A stretch of DNA of 64,000 bases from a virus. Position 1 is the first letter of the stretch, and each line of letters begins with the position of its first letter. The DNA is taken from positions 1 through 64,000 of IMG/VR virus record IMGVR_UViG_3300025530_000275; one strand, 5' to 3'. This document shows positions 1-10,125 of the stretch, one piece after another. The notes under the pieces were generated by a model that had not been told where the DNA came from, ran no database searches, and worked only from the letters and a program-made list of their open reading frames with translations. Made by a program: the position numbers and the translations under genes.

Positions 1-440
1 CGCCCTTCAGCATGAGACGCAGTACCAGATGCTTCTGTGTAATTCCCTTCAGCATGAGATGCAATACCAGATGCTACTGTAGACCAGCCTTCAGCATGAG
101 AATAATCACCAGATGCTTCTGTGTAATACCCTTCAGCATGAGATGTAATACCAGATGCTTCTGTGTTTCTACCCTCAGCATGAGAATATTCACCAGCTGC
201 TACTGTATACCGCCCTTCAACATGAGACCCAACACCAGATGCTACTGTAGACCAGCCTTCAGCATGAGAATAATCACCAGATGCTACTGTATACCGCCCT
301 TCAGCATGAGACGTAAGACCAGATGCTACTGTAGACCAGCCTTCGGCATGAGATGAGATACCAGATGCTACTGTATACTGTCCTTCAGCATGAGAATAAT
401 CACCAGATGCTACTGTAGACCAGCCTTCAGCATGTGTCGG
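1..440 (-). repeat. Coding tandem repeat, 42-bp period, 11 HAEG units
   Basis: CATG recurs at 11, 53, 95 ... 431 with exact 42-bp spacing. Confidence 0.95.
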
Positions 441-1484
441 ATAGAGATGATCAGAATCCACCTTAATAATGTATCTCCAATTAACGCTAGGAGTAGCTTC
501 TACAGTTAATACTCCTTCTTCATTTTTATTAACTATTTTAGTTTTAATAGGGGTCATTGAATCTATTGATACGTATATTTCATCATTCACATTAAAAAGA
601 TTTGGATTTTCAACTGTTATAGTTTTATTATCCGCGTTATATGATATAATTCTCGTGGTTGCTCCAGAACTTAATGCGAGAGTATATTGTCCTTCAGCAT
701 GAGACGCAGTACCAGCTGCTATCGTTTCTTTACCCTCAGCATGAGATGCTTCGCCAGATGCTACTGTGTAATTCCCTTCAGCATGAGACGCAAAACCAGA
801 TGCAGCTGTATACCACCCTTCAGCATGAGAATAATTACCAGATGCTTCTGTGTAATACCCTTCAGCATGAGATGCAATACCAGATGCTACTGTAGACCAG
901 CCTTCGGCATGGGATGAGCGTCCAAATGCTAAGGTGCTTTCACCTTCGGCATGTGTTGGATACCTGTTAGAATCGTCTGGGGTAGTTTTTCTTATCAGGA
1001 AGCCCCATTCATAAGTAGGGGTTAAATTTTTCAATTTTACAACACTATCAACTACTTCTTCCACTACATCAATTAAAGGGGCACTATTCATTACCTTTAT
1101 AATTACTTCATCGCCAATATCTAAATCCAGCGGACCTTCTAATGTGACAGTTTTTTCTGCCGCATTTATTCCCAATATTCTTCTTCCAGTTGTATTAATT
1201 GCAATATTGTAAATTCCTTCAGTATAAGCATAATCACCAATAGATATAGATTTATGGCCTATTGCAACAGCTGCAATCCCGCTTTGGGAAGAATTGTTCC
1301 CCTCAACTATATTATCCCTACCAATATTAATGCCTCGTTCTTCAATAATAATATTTTTATCATCATCATAAATCCCACTATTTTCTACTGAATTTCCATT
1401 AAATTTGGGCACCCAATTATCGGTCCCTGACTTTCTAACTATAGGCAGTCCAGAAAGAGTAGTATTTCCTCTTAAATCAGCCAT
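1..1484 (-). CDS. Tail fibre/adhesin with (S)HAEG 14-aa beta-roll repeats; runs off the window start and is absent from the ORF track
   Basis: ATG at 1484 after an AAAGGAGG RBS. The frame reads MADLRGNTTLSGLP...PTHAEGESTLAFGRSSHAEGWSTVASGIASHAEG... and stays open to the window edge. Repeats resemble YadA/Hep_Hag heads. Confidence 0.85.
   Translation of the reverse strand, partial: MADLRGNTTLSGLPIVRKSGTDNWVPKFNGNSVENSGIYDDDKNIIIEERGINIGRDNIVEGNNSSQSGIAAVAIGHKSISIGDYAYTEGIYNIAINTTGRRILGINAAEKTVTLEGPLDLDIGDEVIIKVMNSAPLIDVVEEVVDSVVKLKNLTPTYEWGFLIRKTTPDDSNRYPTHAEGESTLAFGRSSHAEGWSTVASGIASHAEGYYTEASGNYSHAEGWYTAASGFASHAEGNYTVASGEASHAEGKETIAAGTASHAEGQYTLALSSGATTRIISYNADNKTITVENPNLFNVNDEIYVSIDSMTPIKTKIVNKNEEGVLTVEATPSVNWRYIIKVDSDHLYPTHAEGWSTVASGDYSHAEGQYTVASGISSHAEGWSTVASGLTSHAEGRYTVASGDYSHAEGWSTVASGVGSHVEGRYTVAAGEYSHAEGRNTEASGITSHAEGYYTEASGDYSHAEGWSTVASGIASHAEGNYTEASGTASHAEG
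690..955 (-). repeat. Coding tandem repeat, 42-bp period, 7 HAEG units
   Basis: CATG recurs at 698 ... 950 with 42-bp spacing. Confidence 0.95.
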
Positions 1485-1523
1485 TTATAATACCTCCTTT
1501 AGGTTTATCCCAATTACAGTTAT

Positions 1524-1535
1524 TATTCTGATGTT
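1524..1535 (-). promoter_or_regulatory. Putative late promoter AACA-N6-TA
   Basis: AACA TCAGAA TA, 40 nt upstream of the fibre ATG. Confidence 0.6.
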
Positions 1536-1563
1536 CCAAAATCTTGTATGTCGCAGGAAAAAT

Positions 1564-1602
1564 AAAAAAAAATGGGAAGAGGATCTACCTCTTCCCATTT
1601 TT
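1564..1602 (-). terminator. Intrinsic terminator
   Basis: ATGGGAAGAGG-atcta-CCTCTTCCCAT flanked by A/T runs. Confidence 0.8.
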
Positions 1603-1977
1603 ATCTGTTCCTTTCTTAGTTTCCTTAGATTTTTCATCAGAATGATTAGCAGATTCCACATGTTCTTCTTTCTTTTCAATAGGAATTGGATTATTAAGAA
1701 TATGAATAAGTCTTGTAACTTTCTCAATGGAAGAAAGTCCGCGCGTTTTAAGCTCAATATCTGCAAGCATTTTGATAAAATTAACTCCATTGGTAGATAA
1801 TGAAATGATCGTGCCTCTTTGGTTATCAATAGAGGTAATACCATTATTTAATTCATAAATAAGACTTGAAATTCCCCTAAAATGCTTTATCCCCGTTTGC
1901 CTCAAGGTAGTATCAATAATAGTATCAATAGTTATGAGATCTTCATTAGTAAAGCCGTAGTTATTTCTTTCATTCAT
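1585..1977 (-). CDS. Hypothetical protein (130 aa) in the tail-fibre block
   Basis: GGGAGGGA RBS; two similar halves ending LIYELNN and LIHILNN. Confidence 0.7.
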   Translation of the reverse strand: MNERNNYGFTNEDLITIDTIIDTTLRQTGIKHFRGISSLIYELNNGITSIDNQRGTIISLSTNGVNFIKMLADIELKTRGLSSIEKVTRLIHILNNPIPIEKKEEHVESANHSDEKSKETKKGTDKNGKR

Positions 1978-2026
1978 AAGTTAGAATCCCTCCCTGAATT
2001 TTATTCAGGGTTTGTAATCTATTTTT

Positions 2027-5000
2027 TTAGAGAATATAGCCTTCTATAAGATCTCCTTGAATATAAATATTATCAAAATCTTTCATTTTGAAGATATTGC
2101 TAAACATTTTTTCTATAATATCTTCATCTAAAGCGCGTTTTAGTACAACAAGATTTCTATACATTGTATTACAATCGACGCCTCTATATCCACCTAATTT
2201 GAAATCATAGCCATCGTCGCAAACAAAATAGTCCGGGTTGGATATAGAAACATTTTCAACAAATTCATAGCCAGAGCTATTTAATCCCCAGAACTTCCAT
2301 TTTATAGTATCACCATTCTTGACTATAGAAACCATATGAAGTTTATCAAAATATTTAGTAAGATCAATAGGTATATTTCCAACACTATTGACCCTTAAAT
2401 TATTAGAATCAATTTGTTTACCCCACCATCTATAACCTCCGCCGACTGTATTATTAAACATCCCAAGAGATTCTACGTTATATCCGGTGAGGTCATTTCT
2501 ATTGGTCCCTTTAGGTATTTTCCAGTAAATGATGCTCCAATCAGCACTCCAGTCCAGATTTATTTCTTTATGAAAATTGAATTCCAGTTTAGATGTTTTA
2601 AGCGAAGTTTTATGAAATGGAACTTCATAAGTGGCATTCACAAACAAGGGATTTCTATAAAGGATGTATCCTCGTGATGCCTTATTATTATCATAGCATG
2701 GAGATAATAATATCCGAACATCTTCGTCGGATTCGGAAATGAAAGTAGTGATCAATTTCTGCCAAGAGCCTTTTTTAGATAGATCATATTTTAATTTTTC
2801 TGAACTGCTTTTATCAATGATTATAAATTCATCATAATCTCCATCATAGTCCAGAGATACAAATACTTCTACACAGAAAGTATATCTTTTATTTATTTCT
2901 AACGGTATGATATTTCCTTTGTAGTTAGTAAGCTCTTTATGAAAGTTATATTTATATACGACGAATGTATCATCAAACGATAGCGGTTTAAATTTCTTGC
3001 CAACATTTTCTTCAAAGAGATTAGTATTTTCATATACTTTGAATAGTTGTCGTCTTTCAGATACTGCCCACACATATCCTTTATCAAAGATAAGATTTTC
3101 TTTATTTACAGCATCAACTACATAATTTTCATCCAGAGTATTTTCGCTTAATGGCCAATAATATGCATCCTCTGGTACATAGAATGACTTCTCATTAATT
3201 TTTCCATTAATAGACCCATTGTCCTGTATTCTTAATTTTACATCAGTTTCAAATAACTCTTTAACCTCATCGGAGTCTAATGATCTATCATATATTGATA
3301 ATGAGTGAATAATATGGCCAGGAACTGCTCCTGGATTTCCATTAGAAGTAAGATCCAGGTATTCTATAAATTCCCCAGGTCCATTGATATTTTTAGTTTC
3401 ATTCAAAATTCCGTTTATATAAACACTTGCTTCGCTTTCATCTACTGAGATAGTTATATTATTCCTCTTATCTTGATAAAAATCATCTTCAGACAATATA
3501 AATTCATTCTCATCATCCCCATTTATTCTTATGCGATATACGTTTTCTTCAGCATCTTTCCAGAATGCTATTTTATCAAGAGATGAATTACCGCTCAAGA
3601 TATTAATTTCCTTCTCAATATTATTGGGATTTGATGGGGTGACATCTATATTTATAGTATAAGGAGATTTAAGTTTTACCGGAATTTTACATTTAGGCGT
3701 GCCATTATATACAAGAGGATTAGTCACAGTATTTGATTTCTCACATTGAGGTAAATAAACTTCTATATATTCACCTTTATTAGAGATTGAACCGATGGTT
3801 AGTAATACACGTCTTGTATTCTGAAGAATTTCTTGGGTCACTTTAAGCTGTTTAAACGTATTTGTAATATCAAGATAATCTGAGTGTGCGACGTAGAGCT
3901 CAGAATTATATTGATTCAATAGGGATATAGATAATCTAACTTTATCAGGGACGTTTGATCTAATATATGCAGAGAATGTTATAATATCACCAGTTTCAAA
4001 TCCTTGATCGATTTGTGTATGAAGAGTTTGTTCGTCGGAAGTAGAATTTTCTTTAATGGAAATCATTTGAGAATAGTGATTTTCAAAGCTGTTTCTCACA
4101 ATCTTCTTTGTATTAGTTTCTCTTAGCATATCGCCAATATAATTTATTGATGAAAGTACTAAATGGGGCTTATCATTAAAATATTGATAGCTTAAAATAT
4201 GTTGACCGCCAGGCAATGCAATAAGACCATAAACCATTCCATTTGTGCTAGTAGTTTTTAGAAAACTTATACTATCTTTATCTTTTTCAAATAATGTCAA
4301 TGCACCAGGGCTGACCGTAGCTCCGGTTATTATAAATCTTCCATTTTCGAAAAATTCTATTGATGAAGCCTGACCGGAAATTTGATTTTGATAAATTAAG
4401 GTGAGATTATCCTTATCTCGTTTAAGTATAGCTATATTGTCACTTGCCACAGCTAAATAATTTCCATCCGGCGAAAACTTTGTTTTGAATAATGACCCTA
4501 TTCCCAATAAAACACTATTGACTATTTGTAACGAGTTATTAACAATTTTTAGCAAATAAACGTTAAATTGACCAATGCTGGGCGTTACGATTGATACATA
4601 TTTACCATCAGGGCTAAACGCTATATCATGTACAGATAGAGGAAAATCAATTGAATGCTGATAAATCAACGTATCTTCTTCTAATTTTAATAGAAAAATA
4701 GATCGAGAATTCGCCGAATATCTACTTTCTGCCACTATATGTTCCCCATCAGGAGAAAATCGAATATCTTCAAACCTATGACCGGGGTAGTTAAATGTGT
4801 CAATCAGTTCCAAACTATCCCCATCTCTTCTTAAAAGAAATATACCATGGGTTTCAGATATATTTGTTATAACCAGATATTCCCCATCCGGTGAGAATGA
4901 GATATAAGAAACCTCCCCGGATACTGGGAGTACAAGTTCGCTAACAAGATCAAATGAGTCTTCTGTGCGCTTATATAGATATACAATATCAGAGTTATAT

Positions 5001-6967
5001 CTTGTCATTGCTATATAAACTCCATCCGGAGTAGCATCAAAAGTCGTTGAAGATGGTTGTAATTCCTGTGAAAATTCCGTAGTGAGAGTAATATCGGCAT
5101 TTTTTGTTTTAGTAAACCATCCTATGTCTAGGGAATCCATCGAGTCCCCCCTATTCAAAAAAGGATACTCGATTAATTTTTCTTTAGCTTCATGGAGCCC
5201 AATGCCATTCGGCAGATATGCCACATTTTCATTTTCATATGATTCAGGTATAAATATGACGTCTTCAATTCCATTTATTAGGTCGAAGATAGTTGGAGAA
5301 GTTTCATCCACTTCTTCAATTCTAGGATGGTAAGTATAGTATTTTCCTCCAACTTCTGAAGGTCCATGGACATAGAACTCAGAACCAGCCTGAGAAGCAT
5401 CATTAGTCCACTTAAAATCAACTACAGTATCGATTATTTTTTTCCCACTGGTATCATATATTCCAGTTTCAGGATGAATTTCAGTTGAATCATATTCACT
5501 CGATCTTACATGGCTAACAATAAGAATCCATTTATCAGATAATTTCTTTATTTTATCGTCTTTTAATTCCACTATTATCGCATCTTCAATAGGCTCTGAT
5601 TCCCCTAATGGAGTAACTGAATTAGATGGTCTTATAGTAAAGCTAACTTCCCCGCTAGTTACATCTTCCATTTTTAACCATAAGCAAAATCTATATGTTT
5701 TACTAGGATCTATAATTCCACTAGAATTAACCCAACCCCCTATTGGGGCAATATTATTAGAATGTACAGTAGTTCTCCAAATAGCATCTATATCTCCTAA
5801 ATGGTTTGGATAATAGATAATTTCATTACATTTATCAGGATCTATAAATTCAACAAAATAGAGACTTTTAGTTTTATCTCCTACATTAAATGCTATATGA
5901 ATATTTTTGTTTATAAATGAAACGTTTTTTATATCAGAGATTGGTGGAACGTATCCGTAAATATTATCTATATTATTTTCATTTATTTTTAAAATTTTGA
6001 ATCCGAACAGTGAATCTACTATTATAATATATCTATTATCACTAGAGAATGAAAAACTTACTCCATTATTAACGAAAGGTTCTGTCCAAAAATGTTGTAT
6101 AGTATTTTTATCTCTTTTGAGGATAACTAAGGAGCTATCTGTCATTATTCCTATATACTTTCCGTTAGGTGATACTATCGTTTTTCTTGCTGGTTCCCCT
6201 GTTGCACTGAAAGTATTTGCTTGAAAAATAAGATCTTTATATCTCTTCATAAAAGTAAAATAAGGGGCTTGAGTATGAGCTACTGCTATATATTCATCAT
6301 CTGGGGCAAATGATACCGATTCAACTTCTCCAGATAGAATATATGAACTGGTTAAAGAAATAATATTCTCTTCTATTTTTAAGAGATGTACTCTTGATGC
6401 AGTATCGGCTACTATTATATAATTTCCACCATATGAAAATGAAACATCATTTCCCGGAACATCAAGTTCATAACCATCTAACAGACTTAAAAGATTATCA
6501 TTTATTTGTAATAATACAAAATATGGATTTTCATCTTGGATGATTGCAATAAATTTGTCATCATGTGAAAAGGACGCTTTCAACCCATTTCCCTGAAGCT
6601 CATAGGAATCCAAAAATGTGGCCGAGTTATTAGCTACCTCATATAATGAGAAATTTTTTTCATTAATAATCCCAATATATTTTCCGCTAGGAGATACGAA
6701 AAATTCATCAACGTCTCCTATTTCTAAATTAAAAGGATCTTTCAGAGCCATAGGATTATATGCTAAGAAATCACCCTGATCACCTGAGGAACCAGGTCTC
6801 CATTGTTTGATATTAAGAAGATTCCTTTTCTTATTATAATCCTTCCCGTTTAATGTATAATCAAAAGGGTAATGAATTTTCAAACCGTCCGTAAATTTTG
6901 GGACTCTTTCGTCTACTCTTCCTATAATGGATAAGTTTCCATCCTTTATTTTACCCACTGTAAACAT
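2027..6967 (-). CDS. Large tail/receptor-binding protein with two WD40-like propellers and LamG-like domains
   Basis: Repeated SFSPDGxY blades; LamG-like ...VYINGIL...SLSIYDRSL segment; located among fibre genes. Confidence 0.75.
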   Translation of the reverse strand: MFTVGKIKDGNLSIIGRVDERVPKFTDGLKIHYPFDYTLNGKDYNKKRNLLNIKQWRPGSSGDQGDFLAYNPMALKDPFNLEIGDVDEFFVSPSGKYIGIINEKNFSLYEVANNSATFLDSYELQGNGLKASFSHDDKFIAIIQDENPYFVLLQINDNLLSLLDGYELDVPGNDVSFSYGGNYIIVADTASRVHLLKIEENIISLTSSYILSGEVESVSFAPDDEYIAVAHTQAPYFTFMKRYKDLIFQANTFSATGEPARKTIVSPNGKYIGIMTDSSLVILKRDKNTIQHFWTEPFVNNGVSFSFSSDNRYIIIVDSLFGFKILKINENNIDNIYGYVPPISDIKNVSFINKNIHIAFNVGDKTKSLYFVEFIDPDKCNEIIYYPNHLGDIDAIWRTTVHSNNIAPIGGWVNSSGIIDPSKTYRFCLWLKMEDVTSGEVSFTIRPSNSVTPLGESEPIEDAIIVELKDDKIKKLSDKWILIVSHVRSSEYDSTEIHPETGIYDTSGKKIIDTVVDFKWTNDASQAGSEFYVHGPSEVGGKYYTYHPRIEEVDETSPTIFDLINGIEDVIFIPESYENENVAYLPNGIGLHEAKEKLIEYPFLNRGDSMDSLDIGWFTKTKNADITLTTEFSQELQPSSTTFDATPDGVYIAMTRYNSDIVYLYKRTEDSFDLVSELVLPVSGEVSYISFSPDGEYLVITNISETHGIFLLRRDGDSLELIDTFNYPGHRFEDIRFSPDGEHIVAESRYSANSRSIFLLKLEEDTLIYQHSIDFPLSVHDIAFSPDGKYVSIVTPSIGQFNVYLLKIVNNSLQIVNSVLLGIGSLFKTKFSPDGNYLAVASDNIAILKRDKDNLTLIYQNQISGQASSIEFFENGRFIITGATVSPGALTLFEKDKDSISFLKTTSTNGMVYGLIALPGGQHILSYQYFNDKPHLVLSSINYIGDMLRETNTKKIVRNSFENHYSQMISIKENSTSDEQTLHTQIDQGFETGDIITFSAYIRSNVPDKVRLSISLLNQYNSELYVAHSDYLDITNTFKQLKVTQEILQNTRRVLLTIGSISNKGEYIEVYLPQCEKSNTVTNPLVYNGTPKCKIPVKLKSPYTINIDVTPSNPNNIEKEINILSGNSSLDKIAFWKDAEENVYRIRINGDDENEFILSEDDFYQDKRNNITISVDESEASVYINGILNETKNINGPGEFIEYLDLTSNGNPGAVPGHIIHSLSIYDRSLDSDEVKELFETDVKLRIQDNGSINGKINEKSFYVPEDAYYWPLSENTLDENYVVDAVNKENLIFDKGYVWAVSERRQLFKVYENTNLFEENVGKKFKPLSFDDTFVVYKYNFHKELTNYKGNIIPLEINKRYTFCVEVFVSLDYDGDYDEFIIIDKSSSEKLKYDLSKKGSWQKLITTFISESDEDVRILLSPCYDNNKASRGYILYRNPLFVNATYEVPFHKTSLKTSKLEFNFHKEINLDWSADWSIIYWKIPKGTNRNDLTGYNVESLGMFNNTVGGGYRWWGKQIDSNNLRVNSVGNIPIDLTKYFDKLHMVSIVKNGDTIKWKFWGLNSSGYEFVENVSISNPDYFVCDDGYDFKLGGYRGVDCNTMYRNLVVLKRALDEDIIEKMFSNIFKMKDFDNIYIQGDLIEGYIL

Positions 6968-7028
6968 TTATACTAACACCTTCCTTCTAACGAGTATGAA
7001 TTTATATATGGTTCTGAATAATAAAAAC

Positions 7029-7059
7029 TTCCGGATAGTTCATAAAGAACTATCCGGAA
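7029..7059 (-). terminator. Intrinsic terminator
   Basis: TTCCGGATAGTTC/GAACTATCCGGAA perfect stem followed by a T-run on the minus strand. Confidence 0.8.
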
Positions 7060-7065
7060 TTATTT

Positions 7066-10062
7066 TTAGGGAATCAATACGAAGTCAATAGAATTCTCGT
7101 CCTCATTATATAAAATTTGAAGTTTCTGAGGTCCAATAGGATTTTTGAACGACAAGCTAGTGGTCTCAATATTATTTTCCACATTTAGATTCCCATTAAT
7201 ATACACATCTCCAGTTAGTGTAGGAGAATCAGAAGAGACTTTTTCATCCAATTGATCTTGAATATTCCCAACAAGCCCGTTAAGGAATGATAGTTGAGCA
7301 TAAGAAATGTCTCCGATAACTGTAGTCTCAGGGAGCTTCACGTTACCTGTAAATACCGGTGAATCAATAGGAGCCCTTGATGTGTCCGTGGGATGAACGT
7401 GATCCTCTCTGGCAAATCTTGTGGAAGTACCAGCATCTGCTTCGCCATCCATTAAAGGATCTGAATTCCCAGCCTGATTAATTACAAATTCAGTAGTTGC
7501 GATTTGTTTGTTATTAGTATCAACTGGGGCTGTGGGCGCGGTAGGAGTACCAATAAATTCTGGTGAGTCACTTTCTATCTTTTTATTAAGCTGAGTTTGA
7601 ATATTATCGGTAAGTCCAGAGAGATATGAAATCTCTTCAGGAGTAACATCCCCTATTGTAGTAGTATAAGGAAGTATTACGTTTCCAGTAAATACAGGAG
7701 AGTCAGTCGGCGCAGCTTCAAACCCTGTACTAGATTTCGGTATCGGCGCAGAATGAATTCCAACACCTGTGCCGCCAGCAGTTATAACTGGTAATGCGAT
7801 TTGTACTACAGCTCCGCCAGGAGCATATAAATAAGGAGCAAGTTTATCATATCCAGAATCAGTTAATATTACCGATTGAATATGAACCCAATCGTCTTCA
7901 GTCGTGAGTTCTAAATAATCCCCGTTGACTTCAACACCGTTTTTATAGAGTTTAAAACTTTTCTTAATAGTCATACCATCGCCGTCTTTAAGGCGAATCC
8001 ATGCGCTAAACGTAAAGAATCTTCCTGATCCAGAAAAGTCTCTATTGTTTATAGTTAATATATAGTGATGATCATTTACGTCATGGGGATATTCAGTACC
8101 ATTACCCTGAGTTATACTGGCCACGTAAAACTCAGAACCATATCTTTTGCTTTTTCCAGTAAGGTCATTAATAACATCGAGCAATTCTTTAACGTCCGAG
8201 TTTAAAGATCCTCTATTGCCACCATTATCAGAGTTATTATTTATAAATTTTCCAGCAGGTGCTATAATACTATTATTATAGGTGCCGAAAAAGTCATTGA
8301 TGTTTTCAAATGGATATGAGGATTCTATAGAATATGGGTCAAGGAGTTTACCCATAAACCTACCGGAATCTCCCAGTAAGTTAACCACTGGGATATTTGC
8401 CACATTGTAGATATTGTTACCCTGAACATCAACGTCGGGAGTTTTTACTAATCCAGTAAATTCTGGTGAATTAACTGGCGCTCTTGATGTATCTGTAGGA
8501 TGGACGTGGTCCTCTCTAGAATATCTAGATGACGTACCAGCATTTGCATTGCCGTCCATCAGAGGATTTTCATCACTTGCTTGACCTAATACGTATTCAG
8601 TAGTAGCTAGACGTTTACTGTTATCATCTTTAGGCGGTGTGGGAGCTTTTGGTTCGCCAGTAAACTCCGGTGATTCAACTGGTGCTCTCGATGTATCTGT
8701 AGGATGGACGTGATCCTCTCTAGAATATCTAGATGACGTTCCAGGAGATTCTTCACCGTCCATCAGAGGATTTTCATCACTTGCTTGACCTAATACGTAT
8801 TCAGTAGTAGCTAGACGTTCACTGTTATCATCTTTGGGCGGTGTGGGAGCAGTAGGTGTACCAATAAATTCTGGGGAGTCTAAGTCTGCTTTTTCGTCAA
8901 ATCGCTCATCTATATAATCTATTAATGATAATCTTACAGTTTCAGTCAGGGATTCAATTACATCTAGCGGAAGTCGTTGCTCGTTGTCGTTGATATCCTT
9001 AAGAGCCCTATACAAATATCCAAAGAAACCCTCGGCTATATCAATAATTTGATAGTTTAATGTAGGTACAGTAAACGGCTCATTGGTAATTACGGTTATA
9101 GAGTAATGAGCCCCATCCTCTAACCCAATTACACTCTTTTTATCAGCAGATATTTTTAGGTCAACTTTTTCAATGCCATATATCGTAGTCTTTACAGCAG
9201 CCAATACTTTTAATATTTGATAGTCTTCATCATCACCAATGAATTGATAACTATTCCCTTCTATAATATCGACGACTTTGCGATACGATTCAAAAACAAA
9301 TTTATCATTTTTGTCAAGGAGAAACATTGTTGTATCAACTTTAACAGAAGCGGGAGCATTTCTTCTATTCAAGAACCAGAAAGGATACTTAAGATCCTCA
9401 GTTTCTTTATCTTTGATAATATAAAGATATCCATCAGTTCCAATATACATATGATCTCTAAAGTTAGGATCGTCCTTATTATCCTCAATCGTGAGAGGAT
9501 AGTTCAAGCTAGTTCGAACATCTTCAGTTTCTGTCATGAAAATTTTGAAAATTTTATTATTGCTTAGGGTTTCTTGATCGAGACTCTCAAGTATTTTTAC
9601 TTTCTTTACATACTCGGTCATTATACCCTTATTAATATCAATTTCATCTGCATAACCATTAAGTTTGCAGAAATAATCTGGGAAAAGAACTAAGTCTTTG
9701 AGATTATTGTCACTATCATAGTGAACAAGCATCACACGGTTGTGAATATCAGTTGCTGTTACTTTACTAAGAAGAGGCATTGATCGGGAAATTTTATCTG
9801 AGAAATCTCCCTCTTCGCCAACACCAACTGTTGCACTTTTTGTTTTCTGTGTAATGCTTATACTGTCAGGATTATAGATATTCTTATAGTCAGATACACT
9901 TAATATAGGATGTAAATTACCTTCCTCGTCTTTATATATAAGACGAAGAGTCGAATCAAACGCCAATTCATTATTTTGCATATCATTAGGATCATCAAAT
10001 ACTTTGAAGAAGTTAGCAAAATGTAGCTTCTTTATATCTACCATCAATATCTCACCGTCCAT
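7066..10062 (-). CDS. Tail fibre protein
   Basis: Typical fibre shaft motifs SPEFIGTPTAPT...LATTEYV and REDHVHPTD, three copies. Confidence 0.8.
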   Translation of the reverse strand: MDGEILMVDIKKLHFANFFKVFDDPNDMQNNELAFDSTLRLIYKDEEGNLHPILSVSDYKNIYNPDSISITQKTKSATVGVGEEGDFSDKISRSMPLLSKVTATDIHNRVMLVHYDSDNNLKDLVLFPDYFCKLNGYADEIDINKGIMTEYVKKVKILESLDQETLSNNKIFKIFMTETEDVRTSLNYPLTIEDNKDDPNFRDHMYIGTDGYLYIIKDKETEDLKYPFWFLNRRNAPASVKVDTTMFLLDKNDKFVFESYRKVVDIIEGNSYQFIGDDEDYQILKVLAAVKTTIYGIEKVDLKISADKKSVIGLEDGAHYSITVITNEPFTVPTLNYQIIDIAEGFFGYLYRALKDINDNEQRLPLDVIESLTETVRLSLIDYIDERFDEKADLDSPEFIGTPTAPTPPKDDNSERLATTEYVLGQASDENPLMDGEESPGTSSRYSREDHVHPTDTSRAPVESPEFTGEPKAPTPPKDDNSKRLATTEYVLGQASDENPLMDGNANAGTSSRYSREDHVHPTDTSRAPVNSPEFTGLVKTPDVDVQGNNIYNVANIPVVNLLGDSGRFMGKLLDPYSIESSYPFENINDFFGTYNNSIIAPAGKFINNNSDNGGNRGSLNSDVKELLDVINDLTGKSKRYGSEFYVASITQGNGTEYPHDVNDHHYILTINNRDFSGSGRFFTFSAWIRLKDGDGMTIKKSFKLYKNGVEVNGDYLELTTEDDWVHIQSVILTDSGYDKLAPYLYAPGGAVVQIALPVITAGGTGVGIHSAPIPKSSTGFEAAPTDSPVFTGNVILPYTTTIGDVTPEEISYLSGLTDNIQTQLNKKIESDSPEFIGTPTAPTAPVDTNNKQIATTEFVINQAGNSDPLMDGEADAGTSTRFAREDHVHPTDTSRAPIDSPVFTGNVKLPETTVIGDISYAQLSFLNGLVGNIQDQLDEKVSSDSPTLTGDVYINGNLNVENNIETTSLSFKNPIGPQKLQILYNEDENSIDFVLIP
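8452..8877 (-). repeat. 204-bp (68-aa) near-identical tandem duplication; diverged third copy at about 7345-7566
   Basis: ctctagaatatctagatgacgt at 8514 and 8718. Confidence 0.9.
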
Positions 10063-10110
10063 TGTTTAAATTAGAGGAGAAGACCTGTGATACAGATCTT
10101 CTCCGTATTC

Positions 10111-10122
10111 TAATAAAATGTT
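10111..10122 (-). promoter_or_regulatory. Putative late promoter followed by a hairpin (10076-10104)
   Basis: AACA TTTTAT TA; the downstream stem GGAGAAGA..TCTTCTCC lacks a clear U-tract. Confidence 0.5.
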
Positions 10123-10125
10123 CCC

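Noticed and set aside
12-917. Cys-rich + strand ORFs (12-356, 659-895, 687-917)
   Set aside because: Antisense shadows of the HAEG coding repeat; no RBS.
1-955. 42-bp periodic repeats as a CRISPR array
   Set aside because: The period is a multiple of 3, there are no unique spacers, the repeats form an open minus-strand frame, and no cas genes are present.
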